From Methanobacterium sp. (GTDB lineage: Archaea > Methanobacteriota > Methanobacteria > Methanobacteriales > Methanobacteriaceae), in contig PMWA01000032.1 of NCBI GenBank assembly GCA_003166335.1, forward strand, positions 1 to 23,282: DNA of 23,282 nucleotides, in the 5' to 3' direction. The position numbers and the translations under genes were made by a program. Numbering within the stretch: the first letter of the stretch is position 1; every line of letters starts with the position of its first letter. A model generated the notes under the pieces. It made no database searches. It saw only the letters and a program-made list of their open reading frames with translations, and was not told the DNA's origin. This document shows positions 1-7,340 of this stretch, piece by piece.

Positions 1-2
1 GT

Positions 3-287
3 CCTTTAATGTTCCCTTCGGATGCAGATATGACTCCTGATATATGGGTAGATGATGCGTTAGTTGTATCTAATAATAATTTATTAGTTGAAGGGAACGA
101 TGCATATTTAACAGCGGGTACTAGTGAGCGTGGTCCTCAGTTTGGTCCTTCAGACGTTGATCCAGAAATTCCTTTATATATTACTTCCATTTGTCAGGTA
201 GGACTTAATAGTCTTAATTTTGTAATTTTGGATTACTGGGGTGATCGGATAGGTTGTAGTCCTCTTTATGTTGTTCTTAATGATTGA
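3..287 (+). CDS. 5'-truncated putative viral tail/adhesin protein (C-terminal beta-rich module)
   Basis: The frame is open from the window edge, so the first ATG at 9 is probably internal. It carries the module DDA..ITSICQxGxN...IGCSPLYVV, which occurs twice in the next gene, and lies upstream of the lysis genes. Confidence 0.55.
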   Translation, partial: PLMFPSDADMTPDIWVDDALVVSNNNLLVEGNDAYLTAGTSERGPQFGPSDVDPEIPLYITSICQVGLNSLNFVILDYWGDRIGCSPLYVVLND

Positions 288-320
288 AAAAATAGAAATT
301 TAATATAGGAGAAAAATTTC

Positions 321-1589
321 ATGGTTGGAACTTATCTTGATTGGAGTATTGGCGGTTTAGTACCTACTTGGATTGTTGATGTGAAATGGGGTTTCGGAGG
401 AGCTTCTAGTAGTTCAGGTTCTAGTGCGGGAAGAGCAGATAGTACGGTTACGCTTCATTGTGCTACTAAGACAAGAGATGAAATTGAAACATTTAAAACT
501 TTAATGACACCGGTTTTTACTAATACTAATCTATTGAATGGTGGAACAGATTTACAGGTTACTCCAGATGGTCAAATATTAACTATTGTGAATGGTTCTT
601 ATACATGGAATGGAATCATCTCAAGTGTTCAATTCGATGAAGATGAATACGCTACCATTGATGGGGATGCTGCGATTGAATTTGATATTATATTAGAATT
701 GCAGAGAGGAGCGGGTGCTATTAGTGAAAATGTTGCTTGTGTTCCTGCTCAGATGACGGATAATGCTATTCAAATCAGTGCTGGATTCGATCAGCCGGAT
801 CAGATGATAGGTGAAAAGATTGATTTGGGAAGTACGCCGGGTGGAGTTACGATTAATGGAGATTTTAATACAGGGTGTGTTTGTTTTAATTGGGATGGAA
901 CTGGTAGAGTATTTATAGTTTCTGATCCAACTGCTGATCCGACTACTAATACTATTTTTACTGATGATGCGATGACTGTTACTAATAAAACTAATAGTCA
1001 AAGTTTGTATGCAACTAGTGGAAATGTAGGGAATGGTCAAGCTCAATATCCTGCTCCGGAGATAACTTCAATTCTTCAAGCGGGAAATAATTGTGTAAAT
1101 GTTGTAATTCAGGATTTATATGGTGATTTAATCGGTTGCAGTGCATTATATATTGTGCAATATGAAGGTACTGGAAGTGGTTTATCAAGTGGAACTGGAA
1201 CAGGAAGCGGTTCAGGTTCTGGAGGTTCGGGTTCAGGGAGTAATTTGGTTAAAGTGCAGATTACAGCAGGATTTGCTAGTACTACAGAAGTTCAGGGGAA
1301 TGATTGGAATGTAGGAAAGTTTACTTTTAATTGGAATGGTCAGGGAAAGATTTATTTAGCCAGTCAGCAGGAAGTTTCGAATCCCACCTTGGATTTTATT
1401 CAGTTCTTCGAAAGTGCTACCATAGCAGGTAATTTAGGTGCTATTGCCACCGGTAATAATGTTATTCCTGATTTTGACATTACTAGTATTTGTCAAACAG
1501 GTAATAACACTATTGATATTACAATTCACAGTTCAGGTAATGCTACTATTGGTTCGGGTCCTTTGTGGATTATTCAGATAAATTCTTAA
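321..1589 (+). CDS. Putative viral tail/receptor-binding protein: N-terminal beta domain plus two tandem modules joined by a Gly/Ser linker
   Basis: 422-aa ORF with an AGGAGA RBS; G/S/T/N-rich; internal repeats FNW(D/N)G.G...ITSI(L/C)Q.GNN...IG..L(Y/W)I; GSG linker at ~1168-1240; followed by a T-rich terminator. Confidence 0.6.
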   Translation: MVGTYLDWSIGGLVPTWIVDVKWGFGGASSSSGSSAGRADSTVTLHCATKTRDEIETFKTLMTPVFTNTNLLNGGTDLQVTPDGQILTIVNGSYTWNGIISSVQFDEDEYATIDGDAAIEFDIILELQRGAGAISENVACVPAQMTDNAIQISAGFDQPDQMIGEKIDLGSTPGGVTINGDFNTGCVCFNWDGTGRVFIVSDPTADPTTNTIFTDDAMTVTNKTNSQSLYATSGNVGNGQAQYPAPEITSILQAGNNCVNVVIQDLYGDLIGCSALYIVQYEGTGSGLSSGTGTGSGSGSGGSGSGSNLVKVQITAGFASTTEVQGNDWNVGKFTFNWNGQGKIYLASQQEVSNPTLDFIQFFESATIAGNLGAIATGNNVIPDFDITSICQTGNNTIDITIHSSGNATIGSGPLWIIQINS

Positions 1590-1592
1590 AGG

Positions 1593-1612
1593 TTTTTTTA
1601 TATTCTTTTTTT
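1593..1612 (+). terminator. Oligo-T archaeal terminator after the structural gene
   Basis: T6 and T8 tracts directly after the stop at 1589. Confidence 0.4.
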
Positions 1613-1665
1613 GAAGTTAATAAGGTAGATATGAAAACAACATTTTTAAATTAGTTAATCCATGT

Positions 1666-1875
1666 TTAATCCTCTAAAGTTAATCCTATTGTATCTTGAA
1701 GTCTTAAGAAGTCTTCCCAATCCAAAAAAATATAATATTCCATCTCCTCATAATTACTAGATTCAAATTTAAAACTTGTCCCTTCTTCCATTATCTTATC
1801 AACAGTTTCTTTTAATTCATCATAATCCTTAAAAATTAATTTAATCGTGTCTTGTGTCGGATAATCATGTTCCAT
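1666..1875 (-). CDS. Small acidic hypothetical protein (69 aa)
   Basis: Lies within ORF 1666..1962. The ATG at 1875 (MEHDYPT) follows GGGGTGA; alternative starts are at 1917 and 1962. Confidence 0.6.
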   Translation of the reverse strand: MEHDYPTQDTIKLIFKDYDELKETVDKIMEEGTSFKFESSNYEEMEYYIFLDWEDFLRLQDTIGLTLED

Positions 1876-1904
1876 CCCCAAATCACCCCTATTTTTACCC
1901 TTTT

Positions 1905-2000
1905 TTAATCTGGACATTCTCCTTCTATTAATCGTCTTCCCATAAAATTTTCCCTTTTCCATGAAAATAACTCGTTAAAACTAATCAATTCTTTAATCAT
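1905..2000 (-). CDS. Possible 31-aa micro-ORF (MIKELISFNELFSWKRENFMGRRLIEGECPD)
   Basis: Fills the gap between co-oriented small ORFs; the RBS is weak. Confidence 0.3.
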   Translation of the reverse strand: MIKELISFNELFSWKRENFMGRRLIEGECPD

Positions 2001-2012
2001 AAATTCAAATTC

Positions 2013-2150
2013 TTACCCTAAATCACATTTGCGTTTGTTTATCTTTAAATCTAGGGTATAGAATTCAATTTTATGATTTATTTTCTTTTTAAGATGATTT
2101 AATTCTTCAGAAGTTAATGAATCATCTACATCAAAACATAACTTGCCCAT
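2013..2150 (-). CDS. 45-aa hypothetical protein (MGKLCFDVDDSLTSEELNHLKKK...)
   Basis: Manual translation; AGGAGA RBS; starts 2 nt after the stop of the AbrB-like ORF. Confidence 0.55.
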   Translation of the reverse strand: MGKLCFDVDDSLTSEELNHLKKKINHKIEFYTLDLKINKRKCDLG

Positions 2151-2152
2151 TT

Positions 2153-2281
2153 TTATTTCTCCTTCCTTACTATCACATCAATCCAGTCCCCTTTTTTAGC
2201 ATTAATAGCTCTTAAAGTGTTTTTTGGAACATAAATTTTTAAATCATCTTTTACTTCGACTGTTATTCTAGCTTCTTTCAT
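2153..2281 (-). CDS. AbrB/MazE/SpoVT-family DNA-binding microprotein (42 aa)
   Basis: Manual translation MKEARITVEVKDDLKIYVPKNTLRAINAKKGDWIDVIVRKEK fits the swapped-hairpin pattern V..D..I.(I/V)PK..R.....GD.(I/V).V; GTGA RBS. Confidence 0.75.
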   Translation of the reverse strand: MKEARITVEVKDDLKIYVPKNTLRAINAKKGDWIDVIVRKEK

Positions 2282-2300
2282 GTCATCACATCAGTTGAGA

Positions 2301-2335
2301 TTTGTTATTATGTTATATTAACAGTTATTAAAACA
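2301..2335. promoter_or_regulatory. Divergent promoter region with repeated TGTTAT boxes
   Basis: TGTTATTA (2303), TGTTATAT (2311), AGTTATTA (2323) and the palindrome TGTTA-TAT-TAACA (2311-2323) lie between divergent operons. Confidence 0.4.
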
Positions 2336-2357
2336 TTAGTAAAATGGAGGTAAAAAC

Positions 2358-2573
2358 ATCACAGACGAGTTTAAAGAATTAACAGAAACTGTTTTAGATG
2401 CTTATAAAACAAAACCTGAAAAAATAAGCTTAATAACTAAAATCAAATGTTTACTGAACCGACATGTTTGGGAATATCACAGAGACACCCAAGGAAACAC
2501 ATATCGAATGTGTATTTATTGCAACAAAATAGAAGAGAATATTTGGACTCCCAATTGGGGCGATTATGTATGA
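2358..2573 (+). CDS. Phage-type Zn-binding small protein (C-x4-H...CxxC; DUF1660-like) with an apparent ATC start
   Basis: GGAGGT at 2346-2351 is followed after 6 nt by ATC. An in-frame TAA at 2340 leaves no upstream ATG. The translation contains KCLLNRHVW...RMCIYCNK, and the stop overlaps the next ATG (ATGA at 2570). Confidence 0.65.
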   Translation: MTDEFKELTETVLDAYKTKPEKISLITKIKCLLNRHVWEYHRDTQGNTYRMCIYCNKIEENIWTPNWGDYV

Positions 2574-2785
2574 TTTTCGCAAATAAAATGGAAACTGTAC
2601 AAATACAAATTGAAGAAAAAGGGGAAAACTGGATACTCTATATTAATAAGACTGTAAATGAGTTTAAACGTGAATTACAGAATTATAAGGATGATATTTT
2701 AATGGGGAATTGTAAGAAGTTTAGAATTATGGATTTTATTGAATATTTAAGGAAGAATGGCTATGATGTCATGTTCATGCAATAA
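2570..2785 (+). CDS. 71-aa hypothetical protein
   Basis: 3' part of ORF 2447..2785; the ATGA overlap with the upstream gene favours a start at 2570. Confidence 0.6.
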   Translation: MIFANKMETVQIQIEEKGENWILYINKTVNEFKRELQNYKDDILMGNCKKFRIMDFIEYLRKNGYDVMFMQ

Positions 2786-2787
2786 AC

Positions 2788-2809
2788 GAAACTTTTAAGG
2801 AAAAGTTTC
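2788..2809. repeat. Perfect 9-bp hairpin GAAACTTTT-aagg-AAAAGTTTC
   Basis: Inverted repeat seen directly between the small ORF and the lysis genes. Confidence 0.6.
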
Positions 2810-2830
2810 ATCAAAAAAAGGTGAAAGTAA

Positions 2831-3547
2831 ATGGTAACTTATAGACCTGTTTGGATCGCATCAGACATTATTTATAATGCTGAAACTGATGCAAAGAATA
2901 TTGAACTAATTGTGAATGGACTAAAAGTTAGAGGAATAAAGGCTAATGGATATCCAAATACCGGAGCTGATTCACATATTAACGTTTTAAGTGATGCGAA
3001 TGTAGAATCAAATGCTCTAATAGTGGATGTTTATGGTGGAATGGATCCGGGATGTATATATGAGAAGGCAAATGGCTGGTATAAACGAACATTAGGGGAA
3101 CGAAAAGATTCTATAGTTTATATTTTCAGCCACAGTACGATGCCACTGATAACTAATAGATTATGGTTGGCACGGGATAAAACAGATAATTATGACAAAG
3201 AATGGTTTACAGGTATAGCCCACCCAGATGAATACTTAGAAAGTAATGATGTGGGTTATATTGAACATGTAACAATACCTGCTGATTTAGCTGCTATTGT
3301 TGAATTTATTGCTGAACAGGCTGCTTTGGTGCCAATTTCATTAGATGAAACCCAAGTTCAAGAGGGAATAGGTCGAGTAAACACGTTTTATAATAAATAT
3401 AATAGGATTCCAAAAACGATAAGTTTCCCGAATGAAGTTTTATCATTTACTGATTTTACTAGATTAATTGACTATTATGGTTTGAATTACAATTTCCTAC
3501 AATACGGTATGACCAGTGTAATAACCGAACCAGCTACCGGGGTATAA
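2831..3547 (+). CDS. Pseudomurein-binding-repeat protein with an N-terminal alpha/beta domain (lysis-associated)
   Basis: GGTGA RBS. The C-terminal motif RVNTFYNKYNRIPKTISF resembles the PMB repeats of the next gene. The N-terminal SD.I...ALIVDVYGG...WL.R..DN...F.G.A.PD.YL pattern is recalled from Methanobacteriales cell-wall proteins. Confidence 0.65.
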   Translation: MVTYRPVWIASDIIYNAETDAKNIELIVNGLKVRGIKANGYPNTGADSHINVLSDANVESNALIVDVYGGMDPGCIYEKANGWYKRTLGERKDSIVYIFSHSTMPLITNRLWLARDKTDNYDKEWFTGIAHPDEYLESNDVGYIEHVTIPADLAAIVEFIAEQAALVPISLDETQVQEGIGRVNTFYNKYNRIPKTISFPNEVLSFTDFTRLIDYYGLNYNFLQYGMTSVITEPATGV

Positions 3548-3550
3548 GGA

Positions 3551-5089
3551 ATGACTGTAATCAACTGTTTAATTTATAACGGTAGCCATGCAGCTCAAGA
3601 TGATGTTCAAGGTACCATAAACGCTTTGAATACGCCAGATTTTAAAGTCAATTTATCGGGAACTATAGATGCAAAATCATTAACAAGTGATATAAATGTT
3701 TTATTGATACCTGGTGGGGATGGAGGATTAACATATTTACAATGTGGTGATTTTAATGAAAAGGATATCCAGGATTTCATATATAATGGTGGAGCAGGAT
3801 ATTTTGTTTGCGCTGCCAGTTATGTTGCCGCTAAACAAGCGGTAGGGGTTAAAAATTATGTAGGTTGGGGTGTTGCACCTACTGTAATAGCCAACGGATT
3901 AACCGACAATGAACCCAACGGACTGCTCATTAAGGTTTTAAATATATTAGGAATCAGTGGATTATTCACTATAAATCATTTCCAGGGACCGTTCTTTACA
4001 GATCCAACCAATACTATGACCGTTTTCGCGACTTTTGCAGATAACCAAACAGGACATGAAGGAGCAGCTGCTATTGTTGGAGAAAAATATGGTAAAGGAT
4101 ATTCTGTTTTAAGTAGTGTTCACCCTGAAAATAAAGAATCAACTTATACTTTAGTTCAGAATTTAGTTAAACTAGCTAATAATGGAGGTAATAGTGTGAC
4201 AAGTTTTGTAATACAAGATTTAGAGGATGCTGGAAGTAGGGTAAAAAGTTGGATTGAAACTAATAAAAAGTTACCTGCTTATGTGGCAATTAAGGGATTA
4301 AATGTTCTAATGCCTGATTATTTGTATTTAATGACTGGTTTACTCGTTACAGGAACTACAATAAATACAATGGCAGTTAAAACTCCGATAGCAACAACTG
4401 AAAACTTCAAGGCTGGAACTCTAACCAAAGCAGATTATGAAAACATGGCTTTGAGAATTAAAAATTATATCGAAAAATATGGACAAGCACCCGCCTATGC
4501 ATCAACATCATTAGGTAATATGCCATTTGAAGATTTGATTTATAATTTCAGTCGAATATGGGCTGTTGCAATACCAGCATCTATAAGCTGTACTCCTTTA
4601 TCTGCTCCAATTATTTCAGCAGGATATTGGGAGCAATTAGAAAAAGGAACCGGAAAAACATTTAACAATTTAACAGCCCTTACACTTGCAGTGGAAAAAT
4701 ACTGTACATACAATGGTTATTTCAATAATCAAAAAACATTCCCTCAAGAGCTACAATCATTAGAAGATGATATGAATGGAAAGGATAATGGAATAGTTGA
4801 TGAGGATAACTGTGTAGACTTTGCGGAATGTTGTACAAAACTTGCCCGTGAAAAAGGTTATGGTGCTACCTTATATGGTGTTTATTGTCCTGTAGAACAG
4901 ATAAACCATGCAGTAGTGCATGTAACTGGTGGAGAGTTTGTTAATAATACATGTGTGATTAATGGACAAACTTTATCAGGTATTATTATAGACTGGGCTA
5001 AATTAGCTAGTGATGGAGGAGCTATTGGAACATTTTGGTGTGATATTAACCAGGCAACTGAAAATCCGTCATGGCTTCCCTATGAATAA
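3551..5089 (+). CDS. pei: Pseudomurein endoisopeptidase (peptidase C71, PeiW/PeiP-like) with PMB repeats, fused to an N-terminal BPL_N/class I glutamine amidotransferase-like domain
   Basis: N-terminus: LIYNG, LLIPGG, IQDFIYNGG, nucleophile elbow C87, HPE (H191/E193). Middle: PMB-like repeats RVKSWIETNKKLPAYV and RIKNYIEKYGQAPAYA. C-terminus: NCVD (C421), H453, D481, WC...NP.W. Confidence 0.8.
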   Translation: MTVINCLIYNGSHAAQDDVQGTINALNTPDFKVNLSGTIDAKSLTSDINVLLIPGGDGGLTYLQCGDFNEKDIQDFIYNGGAGYFVCAASYVAAKQAVGVKNYVGWGVAPTVIANGLTDNEPNGLLIKVLNILGISGLFTINHFQGPFFTDPTNTMTVFATFADNQTGHEGAAAIVGEKYGKGYSVLSSVHPENKESTYTLVQNLVKLANNGGNSVTSFVIQDLEDAGSRVKSWIETNKKLPAYVAIKGLNVLMPDYLYLMTGLLVTGTTINTMAVKTPIATTENFKAGTLTKADYENMALRIKNYIEKYGQAPAYASTSLGNMPFEDLIYNFSRIWAVAIPASISCTPLSAPIISAGYWEQLEKGTGKTFNNLTALTLAVEKYCTYNGYFNNQKTFPQELQSLEDDMNGKDNGIVDEDNCVDFAECCTKLAREKGYGATLYGVYCPVEQINHAVVHVTGGEFVNNTCVINGQTLSGIIIDWAKLASDGGAIGTFWCDINQATENPSWLPYE

Positions 5090-5213
5090 AATTTTACTTT
5101 TTTTGGAGGTTATGAAATTTATGAAATCACATCCAAGTGTAAAACATCCATATAAAAAAACTAAAAAGTTCTATAATTAGTTTTTATTTCTTTAAACATT
5201 GGATTATTTTTTG

Positions 5214-6833
5214 TCAATCTTTTGTAATGGTAAGATTGTCTATGTTGATATTTGTGTTATTTCCGATTTCAGAATAATAGATATTGTATCCATCCGAAAA
5301 TGTTATTGTTTCTACATTGATTTGAGATTGCAACTCCTGTAAATAATTGAAATTATCGGTTGCGCCAAAATTAGAATTATCAGTTACCATCCATATTATA
5401 TATTTTGTTGATGAATTTAGAATAATTTGATTATTCTGAGGATTAATATCGGTGCTTTTATGATTTTTATAATATATAATAGATTGATTTGTTTTTCCAG
5501 ATACGTTGTATCGGAGGTTAGTTAAAGATTCATAATTAGTGTAATAGTACATATATTTTCTCCAATCATCTTCATTTGTGAAAAAAATCAATGTATCGTT
5601 TGGATTAAAGTCGTTTAATGATTCGATAAAATATTGTGTAGTTAAATCTTTTGATTGTATATTCCCATAATCGATTCCTTTAGGATTAGGTGAAAGTGAA
5701 GTAAATTGTGTGATACTAAAAAATACACATAAAACAAGTAATAATATTATTAAATAATTTGAAGGGATCCCTTTAATTTTTTTATTCAAATTTGAAGAAA
5801 AATTAACAATTACATAACTAATTACCAGGACAAAGACTGGTACATAAATTAAAGTATAACCAGGTTTTGGTATATAGATTAAGAAATAAAAAAGGAAGGA
5901 AGGAAATATCCATAATATTAAAAAGATTGCCTTGCTATTTCTGAGGATAGATAAAGTGAATTTATTAAAATTTAAGGCAATGTAAATTGATAAAATAAAA
6001 ATACTTAAAATACCTATTCCATCTAAAGTCCAACTTAATAAAGTATAATCCATCATCAACTGACTTTGGAGGTTTGCACCAAAAAATATTGATGAACCTC
6101 CAAATGCAATCAGCCAAACTTTTTTAGTAACTTGGGAATAATTTAGATAACCTCCAGATAAAAGTATGGTGGGAATATACCAAAAGAGTGCAAATTCAAT
6201 TAGAACAATAAAGGATTTAAAAATCTTTTTATAATCAAAACCCTGATAAATTAGACAGAAGAACCATAATGGAAACATTAAGAATATAAGATCTGATCTA
6301 AAACCTCCAGATAAACCTAGAGCAATAGCTGATATATAAATAAATCGATTATCACCCTTTAACATTTGATATGAGGTATAAGCTATTAAAGTTGCAAATA
6401 AAGCTTCACCCATATAGATTGTGGAAGTTTCTCCATAAAACCAGAAAATAGGATTAAAAATAAGCAATACGGACGCAATAATGGCTATTTTTCTTGAAAA
6501 CATCTGTTTTGCCAGGAAATAAACCAAGAAAACTGTTAAAATACTGAAAACGATACTGATAAATACCATTGAAGTGTTAGGATCATTAAAAACAATGTTA
6601 ACAATCCTTCCCAAAGCTATAAAGAGGATATAGCCTGGTGGTTGTGGTTGATCTAAGTAAATATTAAAATTCTGGAATGCTAATGCATAACTAACAGCAT
6701 CTCCATCATACAAAAATTTACTTGCAAAAGGGATTCTAATTAAAAGAATCATAAAAAATAAGATAAATAGAATTACAAGGTCAAATCTTTTTGTTAAAAA
6801 ATTCCTCAACTTACCAATATTAATATTCCTCAT
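5214..6833 (-). CDS. GT-C fold membrane glycosyltransferase (PMT/ArnT, GT39/83-like)
   Basis: 539 aa with many TM segments; DGDAVSY and QPPGYIL in loop 1; LVYFLAKQMFSRKIAIIASVLLIFNP; soluble C-terminal domain. Confidence 0.8.
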   Translation of the reverse strand: MRNINIGKLRNFLTKRFDLVILFILFFMILLIRIPFASKFLYDGDAVSYALAFQNFNIYLDQPQPPGYILFIALGRIVNIVFNDPNTSMVFISIVFSILTVFLVYFLAKQMFSRKIAIIASVLLIFNPIFWFYGETSTIYMGEALFATLIAYTSYQMLKGDNRFIYISAIALGLSGGFRSDLIFLMFPLWFFCLIYQGFDYKKIFKSFIVLIEFALFWYIPTILLSGGYLNYSQVTKKVWLIAFGGSSIFFGANLQSQLMMDYTLLSWTLDGIGILSIFILSIYIALNFNKFTLSILRNSKAIFLILWIFPSFLFYFLIYIPKPGYTLIYVPVFVLVISYVIVNFSSNLNKKIKGIPSNYLIILLLVLCVFFSITQFTSLSPNPKGIDYGNIQSKDLTTQYFIESLNDFNPNDTLIFFTNEDDWRKYMYYYTNYESLTNLRYNVSGKTNQSIIYYKNHKSTDINPQNNQIILNSSTKYIIWMVTDNSNFGATDNFNYLQELQSQINVETITFSDGYNIYYSEIGNNTNINIDNLTITKD

Positions 6834-6949
6834 ACAAATCTTATCTTATTATTTAATCATTTATATATCCAATCCCCAGCAAAACAGATTTAATTCTTAA
6901 ACCTTATTAAGTATTGAATTTTAGCTGAAATATTTATGAATTCTAATTT

Positions 6950-7104
6950 TTCAAGTTAATAGTAATCTATTGACAGTTAACAGGTGAATATTCATCTACT
7001 AAATCTTTATAGGTGACTATACATTTATTGAATCATGATAAGTGTATATTCATTTATTAGACCTGAATAAGTGTACATAAATTTATTAAGTTAGAATAAG
7101 TGTA
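6950..7104. repeat. Tandem array of 5 full and 1 partial degenerate 29-bp units, each containing a ~22-bp imperfect palindrome (AATARGTG-N6-CATYTATT)
   Basis: The ARGTG/AAGTT core starts at 6953, 6982, 7011, 7040, 7069 and 7098, an exact 29-bp period. Confidence 0.75.
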
Positions 7105-7145
7105 ATCTCCTTTTTTTAAAATTTTTGCATGTATGGAATGTTAAA

Positions 7146-7340
7146 ATGAATATCCTCCTACACGTGGGATGGAATATCAGCAAATGGTTACTCATCTCTC
7201 CCGGGTTTATCCTAGTTTTCTGGAAGATTCTCTATATAACACTATTTCAATTCAGCTTCTTGAATCTAATTACATTAATTTTATGGAGTAATATAATGGT
7301 TATTTTTTATTTAAGATTCTTAAGGAGAAACTATTTATGA
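7146..7340 (+). CDS. Possible 64-aa membrane peptide coupled to the CDF gene
   Basis: Hydrophobic ORF whose TGA overlaps the CDF ATG (ATGA at 7337); no clear RBS. Confidence 0.3.
   Translation: MNILLHVGWNISKWLLISPGFILVFWKILYITLFQFSFLNLITLILWSNIMVIFYLRFLRRNYL

Noticed and set aside
693..1046. Antisense or alternate-frame ORFs (also 7300-7494, 7780-8079, 10883-11137, 11380-11562, 11751-11939, 13947-14232, 14496-14730, 15553-15894, 19236-19614, 20603-20827, 22148-22801)
   Set aside because: These are shadow ORFs overlapping well-supported genes, with no motifs or RBS.
3..1589. Diversity-generating retroelement TR/VR pair among the repeated modules
   Set aside because: Similarity is at protein level only, differences are not adenine-specific, and no reverse transcriptase is in the window.
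2447..2569. 5' extension of ORF 2447..2785
   Set aside because: It overlaps a better-supported Zn-finger frame; the ATGA coupling supports a start at 2570.
5112..5180. 19-22-aa basic micro-ORF after pei as a possible holin
   Set aside because: It has a GGAGGT upstream but no hydrophobic segment, poor RBS spacing and overlaps a terminator-like region.
6950..7104. CRISPR array
   Set aside because: The units are degenerate and the linkers are only ~7 nt; there are no spacer-length unique sequences and no cas genes.
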